Below are positions 26,977 through 36,491 of a stretch of DNA of 64,000 bases, piece after piece. The notes below the pieces were generated by a model that saw only the letters and a program-made list of their open reading frames with translations, was not told where the DNA came from and did no database searches. How positions within the stretch are numbered: position 1 is the first letter of the stretch; each line of letters opens with the position of its first letter. This stretch comes from a virus, in IMG/VR virus record IMGVR_UViG_2799113103_000001, positions 3,854 to 67,853 of that record. One strand, written 5' to 3'. The translations under genes and the position numbers were made by a program.

Positions 26977-27324
26977 GGCGGTTCTCTCTCACGGAGTGCA
27001 GCTCGCGGGCCTCGATGGGGTGCTGTTCCTCGAACGCTGTCCCGTAGCCGCATACGGTGCAGCTACCGCCGTAACTGACTGTTACGACACCGGTTTCTGC
27101 GCCGTGGATCTCGTAGTCTTCGCGGAAGGTCTGACTCAGTGGGGCTGCTTCGATCTCTGCAATGGCACTCTCCAGGCGGCCGCGAAGGCTGTCGTATTCC
27201 TCCTGTGACACCTGTCCGTACGCGTCTTCGATGAGCTTCCGCTGCTCGGCAATTCGTTCGTCGTTAGCATCGGCACGCCGGGTCTGGCAGGCGTAGCAGG
27301 TAGTCCAGTTGTTGGCGCTCACCG
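26969..27324 (-). CDS. hypothetical protein about 118 aa (GTG start, Cys pairs)
   Basis: GTGA overlap. Confidence 0.35.
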
Positions 27325-27774
27325 GGCTGCCGCCTCGGCCACAGAGCTGAGCAGTGTCGCAACCGCGCGGGTCAGGTTGCTGCCACCTATGCCGTAGCCG
27401 CGCTCCAGTCGCCCGGCGGCTGCCGCGTACATCGAGGCGTCGGTATCGCGTGGCCCCTTGTGTGCAACACGTGGGACCTGAACGACCACATGCCCTTCCT
27501 CGGCCAACATCTCTCGAATGCATGCGACCACGCTTCCGGCATCGCCGCCCAGTTCCAGTTCCTCAGCGGCGGCGCCGGTCAACACTTCCCAGATTCCCTC
27601 TGGTGTAGCAACGTTCGGCGTATCCGGCACCGTCTCGAACTCGCGGCCTTCGTTCCGGTGCCCGAGTGGGCAGTGGATCGGGTGCCCGCTGAGCCAGACC
27701 GGGACACCGAAGCTCGTGTCGCAGTGGTCGCAAATCACGGCCTCCAGAACAAGTTTCACTCTGAGTGTCGCCAT
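27319..27774 (-). CDS. zinc-finger protein 151 aa (CDHCD..HCPLGH)
   Basis: ORF track. Confidence 0.4.
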   Translation of the reverse strand: MATLRVKLVLEAVICDHCDTSFGVPVWLSGHPIHCPLGHRNEGREFETVPDTPNVATPEGIWEVLTGAAAEELELGGDAGSVVACIREMLAEEGHVVVQVPRVAHKGPRDTDASMYAAAAGRLERGYGIGGSNLTRAVATLLSSVAEAAAR

Positions 27775-27777
27775 TGT

Positions 27778-28251
27778 TCAGCGCTCCTTATAGTCCGGGT
27801 GGAATACGTCGAGGTTCCTTGTCTCACCTTCGATTCCGAGGAGCCGTTCGCGGACCTCGCGACGTATCTCTTCCATCGCGGCCGGGTCTGTCTTGACTGC
27901 GCGAACGAGAGTCTCGGAAACGCGGTCAGCCTCGGCATCGTCCTGGCTGTAGTTGAGCGCGCAGGTTGCGGCGCCCGTCATGAATCCATCGAGATAGATG
28001 TCGATGAGAATGCTCGAATCGAGCTGCTGCACTATTACTTTCGGGCTGTCGGTCATGCGCATTCTCCTGCGTGCTGGCACCAACAGTTGGGGCAGATGTC
28101 CCGTATGTCGGTGGGGGTTACTGGGTTTGGGCAGGCGGTGTGTACGAGGGGTGTCGTCGTCGTAGCGGACTTCGTCGCCGGGCCGGATCGGGTCGTCGCC
28201 GTAGTCGCACCAGCCGCCAAACTCGGCGCGGAACGCGCGGCTGCTGCTCAT
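27778..28251 (-). CDS. hypothetical protein (157 aa, or 92 aa from MTDSPK with an AGGAGA RBS)
   Basis: two candidate starts. Confidence 0.35.
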   Translation of the reverse strand: MSSSRAFRAEFGGWCDYGDDPIRPGDEVRYDDDTPRTHRLPKPSNPHRHTGHLPQLLVPARRRMRMTDSPKVIVQQLDSSILIDIYLDGFMTGAATCALNYSQDDAEADRVSETLVRAVKTDPAAMEEIRREVRERLLGIEGETRNLDVFHPDYKER

Positions 28252-28535
28252 CGCTGGATTCCGATGTTGTCTCCGGCGTCACCGAGACCTAGGAGGTACT
28301 CCAGGCCGGGGTTGTCGTAGAGGTTGAATGTCATGGCCAAGCGAGTCAGCACCTGGACGTTGTGCCCGCGCAGAGCGCGGTGGCGGACCGCGAACCGTTC
28401 TGCTTGCTTGAGACCTTCCCGGCCGCGAGGGAACTCCCACGTGGCCTTCACTTCATGGCCGTATTCCTCGTCCTTGGTGGTGGGGCAGTCCTGGCACTCG
28501 GCGACCCATTTCCTTTCTTCCAGTTCGGGGTTCAT
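28248..28535 (-). CDS. hypothetical protein about 95 aa (MNPELEERKW)
   Basis: ATGA overlap. Confidence 0.35.
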   Translation of the reverse strand: MNPELEERKWVAECQDCPTTKDEEYGHEVKATWEFPRGREGLKQAERFAVRHRALRGHNVQVLTRLAMTFNLYDNPGLEYLLGLGDAGDNIGIQR

Positions 28536-28720
28536 GGCTGCTCCCCGTACCCGGCGATGTGAGCGGCGGCGGCCTGCGTCAGCGCCTCCAACAGATCCAC
28601 GGTCTCGCCGAGCTGCTTGTCGGTGGTTCCCCACTGCATCCAGCCGAGAGGCGCGATCTGGAACTTGCGGGTCACACCATCAGTGGTAGTGATTTGTCCG
28701 CGTATCAGCTGGACCTTCAC
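28532..28720 (-). CDS. hypothetical protein about 62 aa
   Basis: GTGA overlap. Confidence 0.3.
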   Translation of the reverse strand: MKVQLIRGQITTTDGVTRKFQIAPLGWMQWGTTDKQLGETVDLLEALTQAAAAHIAGYGEQP

Positions 28721-29076
28721 GGGTACATCCCCAGCACCCGGTACGTCCGCGTCACATGGCGAGAGACGCCATCCCAGTGCAGATGACCCATGGCGCACGC
28801 CTGGCACACCCAAAGCGTGTCCGGGGCGGTCAGCTGGTCCATGCTGCGAGGGCACAGCTCGCAGGTGACTTTGATGACCGCACCCACCGTTGGCTGCTGC
28901 TCCGTCGTCTCCCCGGCTCCCGGTTCATCGGCGGGGGTGACGGTGGCGCGCAGACCTGTTATCCACGCGAGGAGCTGCTGGCCCTCGGCGTTCTCGATGG
29001 TGTCTGCGGCGCGGCGGACAGCTTTCGCCGCGTACCGGGCTCCGACCTCAAGAAGTTCTGCGAGATTGCTTGCCAT
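28717..29076 (-). CDS. hypothetical protein 119 aa (CELCP..CQAC)
   Basis: ORF track. Confidence 0.4.
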   Translation of the reverse strand: MASNLAELLEVGARYAAKAVRRAADTIENAEGQQLLAWITGLRATVTPADEPGAGETTEQQPTVGAVIKVTCELCPRSMDQLTAPDTLWVCQACAMGHLHWDGVSRHVTRTYRVLGMYP

Positions 29077-29359
29077 GCTTGGTATCTCCTAGTAGTCGGC
29101 GCTGGCGCCGGTTCAGCCCAAACGGTGACGGCTGCTGCTCCCGTCTCCGGGTGGTGGGCTGCCGGCGGGGGATCGGGCGGAACGTGACCTTGGTCTGGTC
29201 GGTGGCCGGGTCGTACACCGCCGAGACGGGCGCGTAGTAGGCGCCGTGTAGGTCGGGGCCGAATGGGTGGGTGTCGGCCAGGATGTGTGCGGCGATGTCG
29301 CCCCGGTAGTTGGCTACGTTGCGGGTGGCGCCGGGGAACAGGTCTGCGAACTCAGGCAT
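29048..29359 (-). CDS. hypothetical protein 103 aa
   Basis: ORF track. Confidence 0.35.
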   Translation of the reverse strand: MPEFADLFPGATRNVANYRGDIAAHILADTHPFGPDLHGAYYAPVSAVYDPATDQTKVTFRPIPRRQPTTRRREQQPSPFGLNRRQRRLLGDTKHGKQSRRTS

Positions 29360-29736
29360 CAGGAGGCCGCCTTCCGGCTGCTCCAGAGATGCTGGAGTTC
29401 ATCGACGCTGGCGCGATGCTGGTAGGCGTCCCCGGGGCACGCTTCTACCAACACTTCCTTGCCCCAGCGCTCCTGACACTTGGTGCCCCAGCGGCGCACC
29501 TTCTCCACTTCGGTGGATTCAGGTACGAGCGAGTCCAGGAACCGGTGCTGGTCTAGGAGGAATTTCTGGCAGAAGTCCTTGGCCCTTGGGACCTGGTTGA
29601 TGGTGATCGTTCCGCCGGTCATGAACCCGAGGAGCGCTTGCACTTCGCTGACCTTGCATAGCGCGCCTTCGGGTAGCCCGGCGGCGACGGTCAGGACGGC
29701 GGCGAGCGGGAACCGTTGCTTACGTGGGCGACTCAT
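29359..29736 (-). CDS. hypothetical protein about 125 aa
   Basis: ATGA overlap. Confidence 0.35.
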   Translation of the reverse strand: MSRPRKQRFPLAAVLTVAAGLPEGALCKVSEVQALLGFMTGGTITINQVPRAKDFCQKFLLDQHRFLDSLVPESTEVEKVRRWGTKCQERWGKEVLVEACPGDAYQHRASVDELQHLWSSRKAAS

Positions 29737-29945
29737 TCGGTCCTCCATGTGGGGTCACCTATGAACGGGGCTTTGGCCTCGACGTTCGGCCCGGCGTTGT
29801 ACGCGGATTCCGCTAGCAGCTCGTACAGCGCCAGGGATGCGTTGAGCTGTGCCTCCGCGATGAGCGGGGTGGACTGTGCCTTGGGGAGGCCCTGCGCCTC
29901 TTCATAGAGACGCAGGGCTTCCTCATGGTGTTCGGTAGCGGACAC
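29733..29945 (-). CDS. hypothetical protein 70 aa
   Basis: ORF track. Confidence 0.35.
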   Translation of the reverse strand: MSATEHHEEALRLYEEAQGLPKAQSTPLIAEAQLNASLALYELLAESAYNAGPNVEAKAPFIGDPTWRTE

Positions 29946-29947
29946 GT

Positions 29948-30802
29948 CTACCGGCTGTACTCGTTGCTGAACGGCTGAACCGGCTCCGGCGCAGGGCCGT
30001 ACGCGATGGGCAGGCTGTCGGTGATTTTCTCGACCTCGGCGTCGAACGCGGCATCAACGACTTCCTGTGCCCGGTCGAGCTTGTATCCGAACGCGACGCC
30101 CTGCGGCCCGAGCCGGTACATGAAGTGCGCCAGCAGTTCGTAACGGGCGCCGCGCTCGTAGATCGGGAGCCTCAGCGTGAGTACCTGCGGGATCTCGATT
30201 GTCCCGGCGGTTCCGCCGCCCGCATCCGAGGTCTCCTCGACGTACTCGAACTGGACCTCACCGTTGGCGATATCCCGTGCCGATTTGAACGAGAGGGACC
30301 GCTTGGCCTGAAACTTCCGCACAATCTCCACCAGGTCGGCCGCCGGGGGGTTGTAGATCTCGGAGAGCCCATCCTGGAGGTGGTCGGCGAACCTGGCCTG
30401 AGGCAGGAACTCACCGTCGAGCTGGGACCAGTGCTGCCACTCACGAGAGTGCTTCAAGTGCAGAGCGATCCGGTGATCACCCCAACCCTCGTAATTGAGT
30501 ATCGCGGTCACCCGGTTGCTTGCGCGGTCCGCGAAACCGAGCGCGTCGAGCTGCTGGACCTTACCCAGGATCAGATTCAGGCTGTCCGCATCCAGAACCG
30601 CTGTGGTGCCGCGTTGGCGGCGCGGGTTCGGCAGGTACTTCTCCAGCGAATGAAACTGCTGGGTCTCGTCATTTCGGACCGTGAATGTGAAAACCTCTGC
30701 TGTATCGGGTGATACGGCGTCCACGCGGTCAACGGCCAGCCGGGCGAGGTCGGCTGTCGCATCGACCTCCGTGCGGGAACTGGTGTCGGTGAATGATGCC
30801 AT
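29948..30802 (-). CDS. DUF2303 (YfdQ)-like protein 284 aa, typical companion of phage RecET modules
   Basis: size, and position just upstream of the recombination genes; weak family resemblance. Confidence 0.35.
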   Translation of the reverse strand: MASFTDTSSRTEVDATADLARLAVDRVDAVSPDTAEVFTFTVRNDETQQFHSLEKYLPNPRRQRGTTAVLDADSLNLILGKVQQLDALGFADRASNRVTAILNYEGWGDHRIALHLKHSREWQHWSQLDGEFLPQARFADHLQDGLSEIYNPPAADLVEIVRKFQAKRSLSFKSARDIANGEVQFEYVEETSDAGGGTAGTIEIPQVLTLRLPIYERGARYELLAHFMYRLGPQGVAFGYKLDRAQEVVDAAFDAEVEKITDSLPIAYGPAPEPVQPFSNEYSR

Positions 30803-31177
30803 TTAGTTGGCTTCCTTTCGGGTGTTGTCCTCGGCGGGTACCGGGGTGGGTACGGCTTGGATGGAGTTGAAATCGAGCTGGTTCGGGTCGGATCGAGTGG
30901 GGTTGCCGTCCTTGTCCACGAACCAGAGGGAACGCGTCCGGTCCGGCTTCGGGAGCTTGGGCGTCACGTCGTCGTCAATGATCAGCATCGGGGTCTTCTT
31001 TTCCTGCGACACAACCAAAGTCAGCGTGAGGGAGCCCTTCTTGCCGGTGGCTTTCACCGCCGCTAGAAGATCGTGGAGACCTTGGGACAACTCTTCATGG
31101 ACGCGGCCCTTGTTGAGTTCCTGTAGGAAGGCGGCGAAGGGGCGAACTACCTTCTCGTCCTCGTCTGGTTCAGCCAT
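30803..31177 (-). CDS. hypothetical protein 124 aa
   Basis: ORF track. Confidence 0.4.
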   Translation of the reverse strand: MAEPDEDEKVVRPFAAFLQELNKGRVHEELSQGLHDLLAAVKATGKKGSLTLTLVVSQEKKTPMLIIDDDVTPKLPKPDRTRSLWFVDKDGNPTRSDPNQLDFNSIQAVPTPVPAEDNTRKEAN

Positions 31178-31514
31178 GGGTCACCGCCGCTCCGTCCGCC
31201 GCGCCCTTCTCTGAATCCTTCACTGGCGGCACCCATCCGGCATTCATGAAACGGACCATGGTTTCCCTGAACTCCGGCGTGTTCTCACCGAACGCTGCGC
31301 CGACCTGTGCCTTAGCAGCGACGTTGGACAACAGGTAAGCGGCCCGCTTGGGGAGCTTCCCCTCTTCGGCCAGGGCCTCAATTTTCCCGGCCGCGCTCTC
31401 CGCGATCTTGAGGACTGTAGTGATCATCAGTTCGGTGGCGACATCGAACTTGGCTGCTCTGGCATATGTTTCGGATAGGGGCGGTAGCCCCGGTGGCAGT
31501 TCGTTTCCGTACAT
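31170..31514 (-). CDS. hypothetical protein 114 aa
   Basis: ORF track. Confidence 0.4.
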   Translation of the reverse strand: MYGNELPPGLPPLSETYARAAKFDVATELMITTVLKIAESAAGKIEALAEEGKLPKRAAYLLSNVAAKAQVGAAFGENTPEFRETMVRFMNAGWVPPVKDSEKGAADGAAVTHG

Positions 31515-31541
31515 CGGACTGTTCTCCTTCTGGGTTGGGTG

Positions 31542-32429
31542 TTACTTGGTTGGAGCGGGGATCGTGGCGAGGGCGCCGGTACCGGGCCAGCAGCCCCACG
31601 GGGACATGCCCTTGTCGAGTGCTTTGGTGATGCAGTTCTGCACAATCACGTTGGGGTCGTTGGACACCGATGACGAGAGGATGCGGTTCGCTTCGGCCTG
31701 TTCAGTGGCCGTCTTCTTCGCCTGCTCCGCTTTCGCTGTATTGGCGCGCTCAGCGTTCAGCTCATTGATGCGGGCTTCGGTGCCGTCGTCGTAGTCGATG
31801 GTGGGCACCGCCACGTCGAGGATGTCTACCTGTTCTCCGACGAGCCTCCGCAGCTTCTCGGAGGTGTCCTTGGCGAATGTCTCCAGCGGTAATCCGTTGG
31901 CCCACTTGGTAGCCAGTGGGTCCAGCTTGGAGAACACATCGTTGAGTGCGACCTGGAGGTTCCGAGTGATGAGGTTGGTTCGGACGTTGTCGAACGATCG
32001 GTACTGGACATACAGCTCGTCAGCGGCGTCCTGCTTGATCTGCCAGCGCACGGACACGTCCGCGTCGGCGGTGGATGAGTTCCCGAGCCTTACCTTGATC
32101 CGGTGGTCGCCTTCGTACTTGTCGATCTGCACGGCGGCGTCCATCTCATCGACCGTTGCCCAAGGCCTCTTCCAGTGCAGGCCGTTGGAAAGTGTTTCCC
32201 CGGATGGCTTTCCGAATACGGTCTCGATACCGACCTTCCGGGTGCCGACGACTGTGAAGCAGCCCAGCAAAAGGACGACTACGGCGACAACTAGGGCGAT
32301 GCCTCCGGCGACGAACGAAACGTAGGGGCCTTCGGCATCTCGATCGATCCGGTGGGCGACGAAGCCGCCGCCACACAAGGCCACGGCGATGAGACCGAAT
32401 ATCAGGAACGTGACAAATTCCCAGGACAT
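31542..32429 (-). CDS. SPFH/band-7 (prohibitin/HflC-like) membrane protein with two N-terminal TM helices
   Basis: TM segments followed by IETVFGKPSGETLSNGLHWKRPW; coiled-coil/Ala-Glu-rich C-terminus. Confidence 0.5.
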   Translation of the reverse strand: MSWEFVTFLIFGLIAVALCGGGFVAHRIDRDAEGPYVSFVAGGIALVVAVVVLLLGCFTVVGTRKVGIETVFGKPSGETLSNGLHWKRPWATVDEMDAAVQIDKYEGDHRIKVRLGNSSTADADVSVRWQIKQDAADELYVQYRSFDNVRTNLITRNLQVALNDVFSKLDPLATKWANGLPLETFAKDTSEKLRRLVGEQVDILDVAVPTIDYDDGTEARINELNAERANTAKAEQAKKTATEQAEANRILSSSVSNDPNVIVQNCITKALDKGMSPWGCWPGTGALATIPAPTK

Positions 32430-32433
32430 GTGC

Positions 32434-33555
32434 TTACTTCTCCTTCTCGGTGTTGGTCAGGACGGCGATGACTTCGGCGGCCTGGTCGTCGGACAGCGAG
32501 TCGATGTCCGTGACTTCTTGGGATACGCACTGGGACAGGAACTCCAACGCTTCCTTCATGCCCTGCTTGGTGCGCAGCTGGTACTTCTCGGCCGTGAGTA
32601 GGTCACGGACTTTCTGGATGGTGGCGCTGTCGGCTTTGCCGCTGCCGGGCGGCGGGGTGTCGTCACCGCCGTCCGGCGCGGCGGCCTCCAGCGCCTCCGC
32701 TGCCGCTGGGGCTGGCTCGGGTTCCGGTGCTGGGGCTGCCTCCACGCTGGTGTCCGGTTGGGTGGGTTCTGGTCCCTGTTCCGTCGTCTCTGCTGCCTGC
32801 CGGCGCTCTTCGATGGCGGCCTGGAGCCCAGCGAGGCCCTTCTGTTGCGCGGGCGGTCGGGAGACCCGCTGCACCGAGACCGTCTCGGAAAGCTGCAGTT
32901 CTTCGACGGAGTGGCTCATACCGAGGAGTACGTCTTGGAACAGGATTCGGCAGACTTCTGCCTGTGCTTTCGCACGCAGCATCTCGGTCGGTTGCTTCTT
33001 GTACAGCTCGTTGCTGGTGAACCCGGCTGTGGTGGCGCGTTCAATGGTCCACTCGGATGCGGCGGGCCTGCCGTCGCGGCGCCCGGCCCACACGACGCGC
33101 TCCGGTGACGCCGCAACCTCCCAAACCCCGTCGCCGTCAGGACCGCCAGTTCCGTTGTTGTCTATCCAACGTCGGACCTGCGCCACCATGGTCTTGCTGT
33201 AGACACCGGGTGACCCGTGGACGGTGAACACGTTCTGCGCCGCCTGCATCGCAGACATGCCGAGCTCGGCTCCGTACATAATCGCGGCGGCAAGGTCTTG
33301 AGCTGCCTTATCCCCCAGAGGTTCCCGATGGTTCCTGGGAGTGTGGGACTGTTGGAAGTGTTGCGGCACCATCGATGTTTTCGAGAGTGACTTCGCCATG
33401 TTGTATGCGGTCTGGAGTGCGCGGGCTTCCGCCTCCATCCGTTTGATAGCCGGGGTGGTCGGCTCATCCATGAACACTTCCGGTACTGGCGGAGTTTCCA
33501 CCTGGACGATGTCGGTGGTTTCGGACATTGCTGGTTCTCCTTCTGGTTGTTTCAC
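32434..33555 (-). CDS. recT: RecT-like single-strand annealing protein
   Basis: size, and pairing with the downstream exonuclease; C-terminal acidic/PA-rich tail. Confidence 0.45.
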   Translation of the reverse strand: MKQPEGEPAMSETTDIVQVETPPVPEVFMDEPTTPAIKRMEAEARALQTAYNMAKSLSKTSMVPQHFQQSHTPRNHREPLGDKAAQDLAAAIMYGAELGMSAMQAAQNVFTVHGSPGVYSKTMVAQVRRWIDNNGTGGPDGDGVWEVAASPERVVWAGRRDGRPAASEWTIERATTAGFTSNELYKKQPTEMLRAKAQAEVCRILFQDVLLGMSHSVEELQLSETVSVQRVSRPPAQQKGLAGLQAAIEERRQAAETTEQGPEPTQPDTSVEAAPAPEPEPAPAAAEALEAAAPDGGDDTPPPGSGKADSATIQKVRDLLTAEKYQLRTKQGMKEALEFLSQCVSQEVTDIDSLSDDQAAEVIAVLTNTEKEK

Positions 33556-34445
33556 TGGATCGCGTACAGGGACACCGACGCGCCCCTGCCTGGTTGTCTC
33601 CTGGCGACGCGGACCCCGCCCGCTGTCGCGTATTGGGCATCGCCCATGAGGTCGAGAATCTTTGTCTTGGCGCCGCGTTCGCGGCTCGTGGCTTCTTTCG
33701 CCTCGGCTACAGCGGTGAGGTACTCCGCGCCGTCTTCGGGGGTGATCTGGACGGTGATTCCGCGCGCGATGTCGGGGTGCTGCTCACGTACGAACTCGTA
33801 CGTGGCGACCGAGTTATCGAGCGGTGGTGGCTCCGTCGCATCGAGTGAGTCCCAGAACTCCTTGCACGCCTTGATGATCGCAGCGGCTGCCGCCATGTTG
33901 TACGGGATGACGTACGTGTGGTGCTGGAACCGCGGACCCATCACGACAAGGTGTGCGGGCTCTTTGGTCAGCCCGGAGAACACCTGCTGGGTAAGGACTT
34001 GCGTGAAGTAGTCCGGGGGTGCTTCATCGGTGAAGTCGTCGCCCCACTCCTCCAGTGAGCGAGCGATCTTGAACTCCACGTCGCGGCGGCGGCGGCCCCG
34101 GCGTCCGCGTCGGTCCAGCGTCACCAGGTACGGGAAACCGAACTTGTCTGGGTCACCGACGTACTGGACCTCGCCGGGTGAAAGCTGCCAGCCGGGGTTG
34201 TCGTACCGCCACAGCTCGGCGAGGGCGAGCTCGAACGCGTGCCCCACCCGGAATATGTCCTTCTCCGGCTCCGGTGCCGCGAGGCCCTTCATCCGGTGCC
34301 ACAGGCAATAGGGCGAATCCCAGCGAGAGAGGCCCATGATCGCGGCAACCTTGGAAGGGCTGATGAGCATCGAGTGCTCCGGCGAGCCAGGAGCGATGAA
34401 TCCCGGTTCTCCGGGCCGGTAGATGCCCGGCTTGATATTGGTCAT
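33552..34445 (-). CDS. RecE/YqaJ-like exonuclease (start MTNIKPGIYRPGEPGF)
   Basis: ATGA coupling to recT; conserved position. Confidence 0.4.
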   Translation of the reverse strand: MTNIKPGIYRPGEPGFIAPGSPEHSMLISPSKVAAIMGLSRWDSPYCLWHRMKGLAAPEPEKDIFRVGHAFELALAELWRYDNPGWQLSPGEVQYVGDPDKFGFPYLVTLDRRGRRGRRRRDVEFKIARSLEEWGDDFTDEAPPDYFTQVLTQQVFSGLTKEPAHLVVMGPRFQHHTYVIPYNMAAAAAIIKACKEFWDSLDATEPPPLDNSVATYEFVREQHPDIARGITVQITPEDGAEYLTAVAEAKEATSRERGAKTKILDLMGDAQYATAGGVRVARRQPGRGASVSLYAIQ

Positions 34446-34810
34446 CGGGCGTTCTTTCCTGCTGGTAGGTAGTTGTCGTGCAGCCAGAGGTCGGGCTGGC
34501 GGTTGGGGCGGTTGCGTACCGGCACCGCCGAAGGCGAGATATGTGGATGCCCGGGGATGGAGAGGCCAACGGATTGCGCCCATTCCGGGTTGACCGTGAC
34601 TTCCCGATGGTCATGGGAGCAGAGGTCGATGATGTTGGCGGGGTGCCACTTGCCGCCCTGTGAGCGGTTGATGCGGTGGTGCTTCTCGGTGGCTTGTTCC
34701 TTGCCGCACCACTCGCACCAGCCCATCGAGCGCCCGGTGACGTGCGCTCGGGTGAGGGGTTCATCCCAGTTGGTGATGAACTCCTCGTCCCAGATCGACG
34801 GCGCGGTCAT
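34442..34810 (-). CDS. HNH endonuclease (CEWCG..HHRINRSQGG..CSHDH)
   Basis: HNH signature residues. Confidence 0.55.
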   Translation of the reverse strand: MTAPSIWDEEFITNWDEPLTRAHVTGRSMGWCEWCGKEQATEKHHRINRSQGGKWHPANIIDLCSHDHREVTVNPEWAQSVGLSIPGHPHISPSAVPVRNRPNRQPDLWLHDNYLPAGKNAR

Positions 34811-35007
34811 TGCAACTTCCCAACAATGGAAGCGTTGGCTGGCCAGGAATCGACGTGGAGGGTATCGCCATCGCCGAGCGGCGTAGCGCATTCCCACTCG
34901 TCATAGCCATCGTCGCCTTTCCCGACGTAGGCGAGTTCGCAAACGATCTTCCGCCCATCGGCTTTGGTGATGGAGACGCCTTGCGGACGCTCAGGCTGCT
35001 CGCTCAT
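34807..35007 (-). CDS. small protein 66 aa
   Basis: ATGA overlaps. Confidence 0.3.
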   Translation of the reverse strand: MSEQPERPQGVSITKADGRKIVCELAYVGKGDDGYDEWECATPLGDGDTLHVDSWPANASIVGKLQ

Positions 35008-35219
35008 TCGGCGTCCGGTTCGAGCGGTGTGTGAGTGGGCTTGGCGGTGAAGTTGCGCGCGAATTTCCTGCCAGCTGCTGCGGCGACAGCCTTGGTCGGG
35101 TAGGGGCCGTAGTTGAAGTGCTCGTTGCCCTTGGGGCTGCTCCACTTCCACGCGAAGCCGTCGTTGTCCTTGCGGGGGAACGCTTCGACGGCGCCGGGTA
35201 CTGGCTTGGGCTTGCTCAC
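35004..35219 (-). CDS. small protein 71 aa
   Basis: ORF track. Confidence 0.35.
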   Translation of the reverse strand: MSKPKPVPGAVEAFPRKDNDGFAWKWSSPKGNEHFNYGPYPTKAVAAAAGRKFARNFTAKPTHTPLEPDAE

Positions 35220-36007
35220 GCTGCGCCTTCTTCCTTCGTTGCGGCTTTGATCCGTTGCAGCTGCCGCTCAACGGATTCCGGCTTCACATCGAGCCGATCA
35301 GCGATCTCTCGGATGTCCCGAACACCCATGTCTTGCAGCTCTTCCAGCCGTTCCTTGGCTGTGCTGAAATTGCTGCCATAGATTGGCGGCGCGGCGGGGT
35401 CATCGATGGTGTCTTCGTCCCACTGGAGGGGTAGCGGCCAGCCCTTTATGGTTGCTCGCTGGCGGGCGACACGGCTTGGGCCTTCGGTCATTTCCAGCTT
35501 GTTGAACAGGTCGGCTATCGCTAGCGCCCGTCGCGCGGTGACGTACTTTGCCTTCCCGGAGTACAACGAACTGAGCGCGGTTGAATCTGCCAGCCCGAGG
35601 CTCTCGGTGATCTGCGGGCCTCCATACCCAATCCTGGCGAGGGCGCGGAGGCGGCGTATCGAGCCTGTTGAGTCCACGAGCGCCGATGCGCTTGCGAGTT
35701 CGGCAGCGGACGCCGGTACAGCGATGCCCATGATTAGTTCGTGGGTGCGGCGGTCAATCCAGCGGCGTTCGGCGGCGCCCAGTCGCATGATGGTGCTGCG
35801 TGATAGGCCAGTCAGTTGCCGTATCTGCCGGGTGCCGATGCCCGCCGTTTGAAGTTGCGTAAGCCGTTCGCGGGCTTCGTCTACGGGGTGCCTGCCGTTG
35901 TCGAACCGTCCGTACGCACGCAGGCGGTAGACATGCCGCTTCCGGTGCGTGTCACATAGGCCATGACCGACGACCGGCCTTTCGCAGAGTCGGCACTGAG
36001 CCCTCAC
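35216..36007 (-). CDS. HTH DNA-binding protein 263 aa (QIRQLTGLSRSTIMRL)
   Basis: HTH segment. Confidence 0.45.
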   Translation of the reverse strand: MRAQCRLCERPVVGHGLCDTHRKRHVYRLRAYGRFDNGRHPVDEARERLTQLQTAGIGTRQIRQLTGLSRSTIMRLGAAERRWIDRRTHELIMGIAVPASAAELASASALVDSTGSIRRLRALARIGYGGPQITESLGLADSTALSSLYSGKAKYVTARRALAIADLFNKLEMTEGPSRVARQRATIKGWPLPLQWDEDTIDDPAAPPIYGSNFSTAKERLEELQDMGVRDIREIADRLDVKPESVERQLQRIKAATKEEGAA

Positions 36008-36151
36008 GGGTTACCCTTCCGCGCCGAGTAGAAATAGTGCCCCGCGAGGACTCCCGCTACGACTGCAGGAATCAGCCATCCGCCCTGCCCTGTCGCGGCG
36101 CCGACGCCCGCGAACACGAAAGAGGCTGCCAGTGAAGCCCAGCTCTGCTTC
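36008..36151 (-). CDS. small membrane protein about 47 aa (GTG start, not in the ORF track)
   Basis: own translation VKQSWASLAASFVFAGVGAATGQGGWLIPAVVAGVLAGHYFY; GTGA overlap. Confidence 0.35.
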
Positions 36152-36491
36152 ACGATTCGACCGCCAGAGGGTTGTACGCGTTGCCTCGTGCGAACCGGCG
36201 GCGACGTTTCTGCGCGTAGTTGAGACGCGACTGGCGGGCGATGGCCGCAGTGTTGCCGCGCCGCGCGCGGCGGGCGTGGCGGTTCTTCTTCCGCCGCCGC
36301 TCTACCTCCTCCACGGGAACGGACCCCGCGTACACGTTGGAGCCTTGGAGCGCGAGGAGTACAGACTTCTCAAACTTGCCTGGCTCCAATGGCTTTGGTG
36401 TGGGCTCCAGCTGGTAGACGCCGGTCTCTGGCTTCTTGGCCGCTTCGGTGCGCGCGTTCTGGTCGCGGAGAAGCTTGTACATATCAGGCAT
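36150..36491 (-). CDS. small basic protein 113 aa
   Basis: ORF track. Confidence 0.4.
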   Translation of the reverse strand: MPDMYKLLRDQNARTEAAKKPETGVYQLEPTPKPLEPGKFEKSVLLALQGSNVYAGSVPVEEVERRRKKNRHARRARRGNTAAIARQSRLNYAQKRRRRFARGNAYNPLAVES

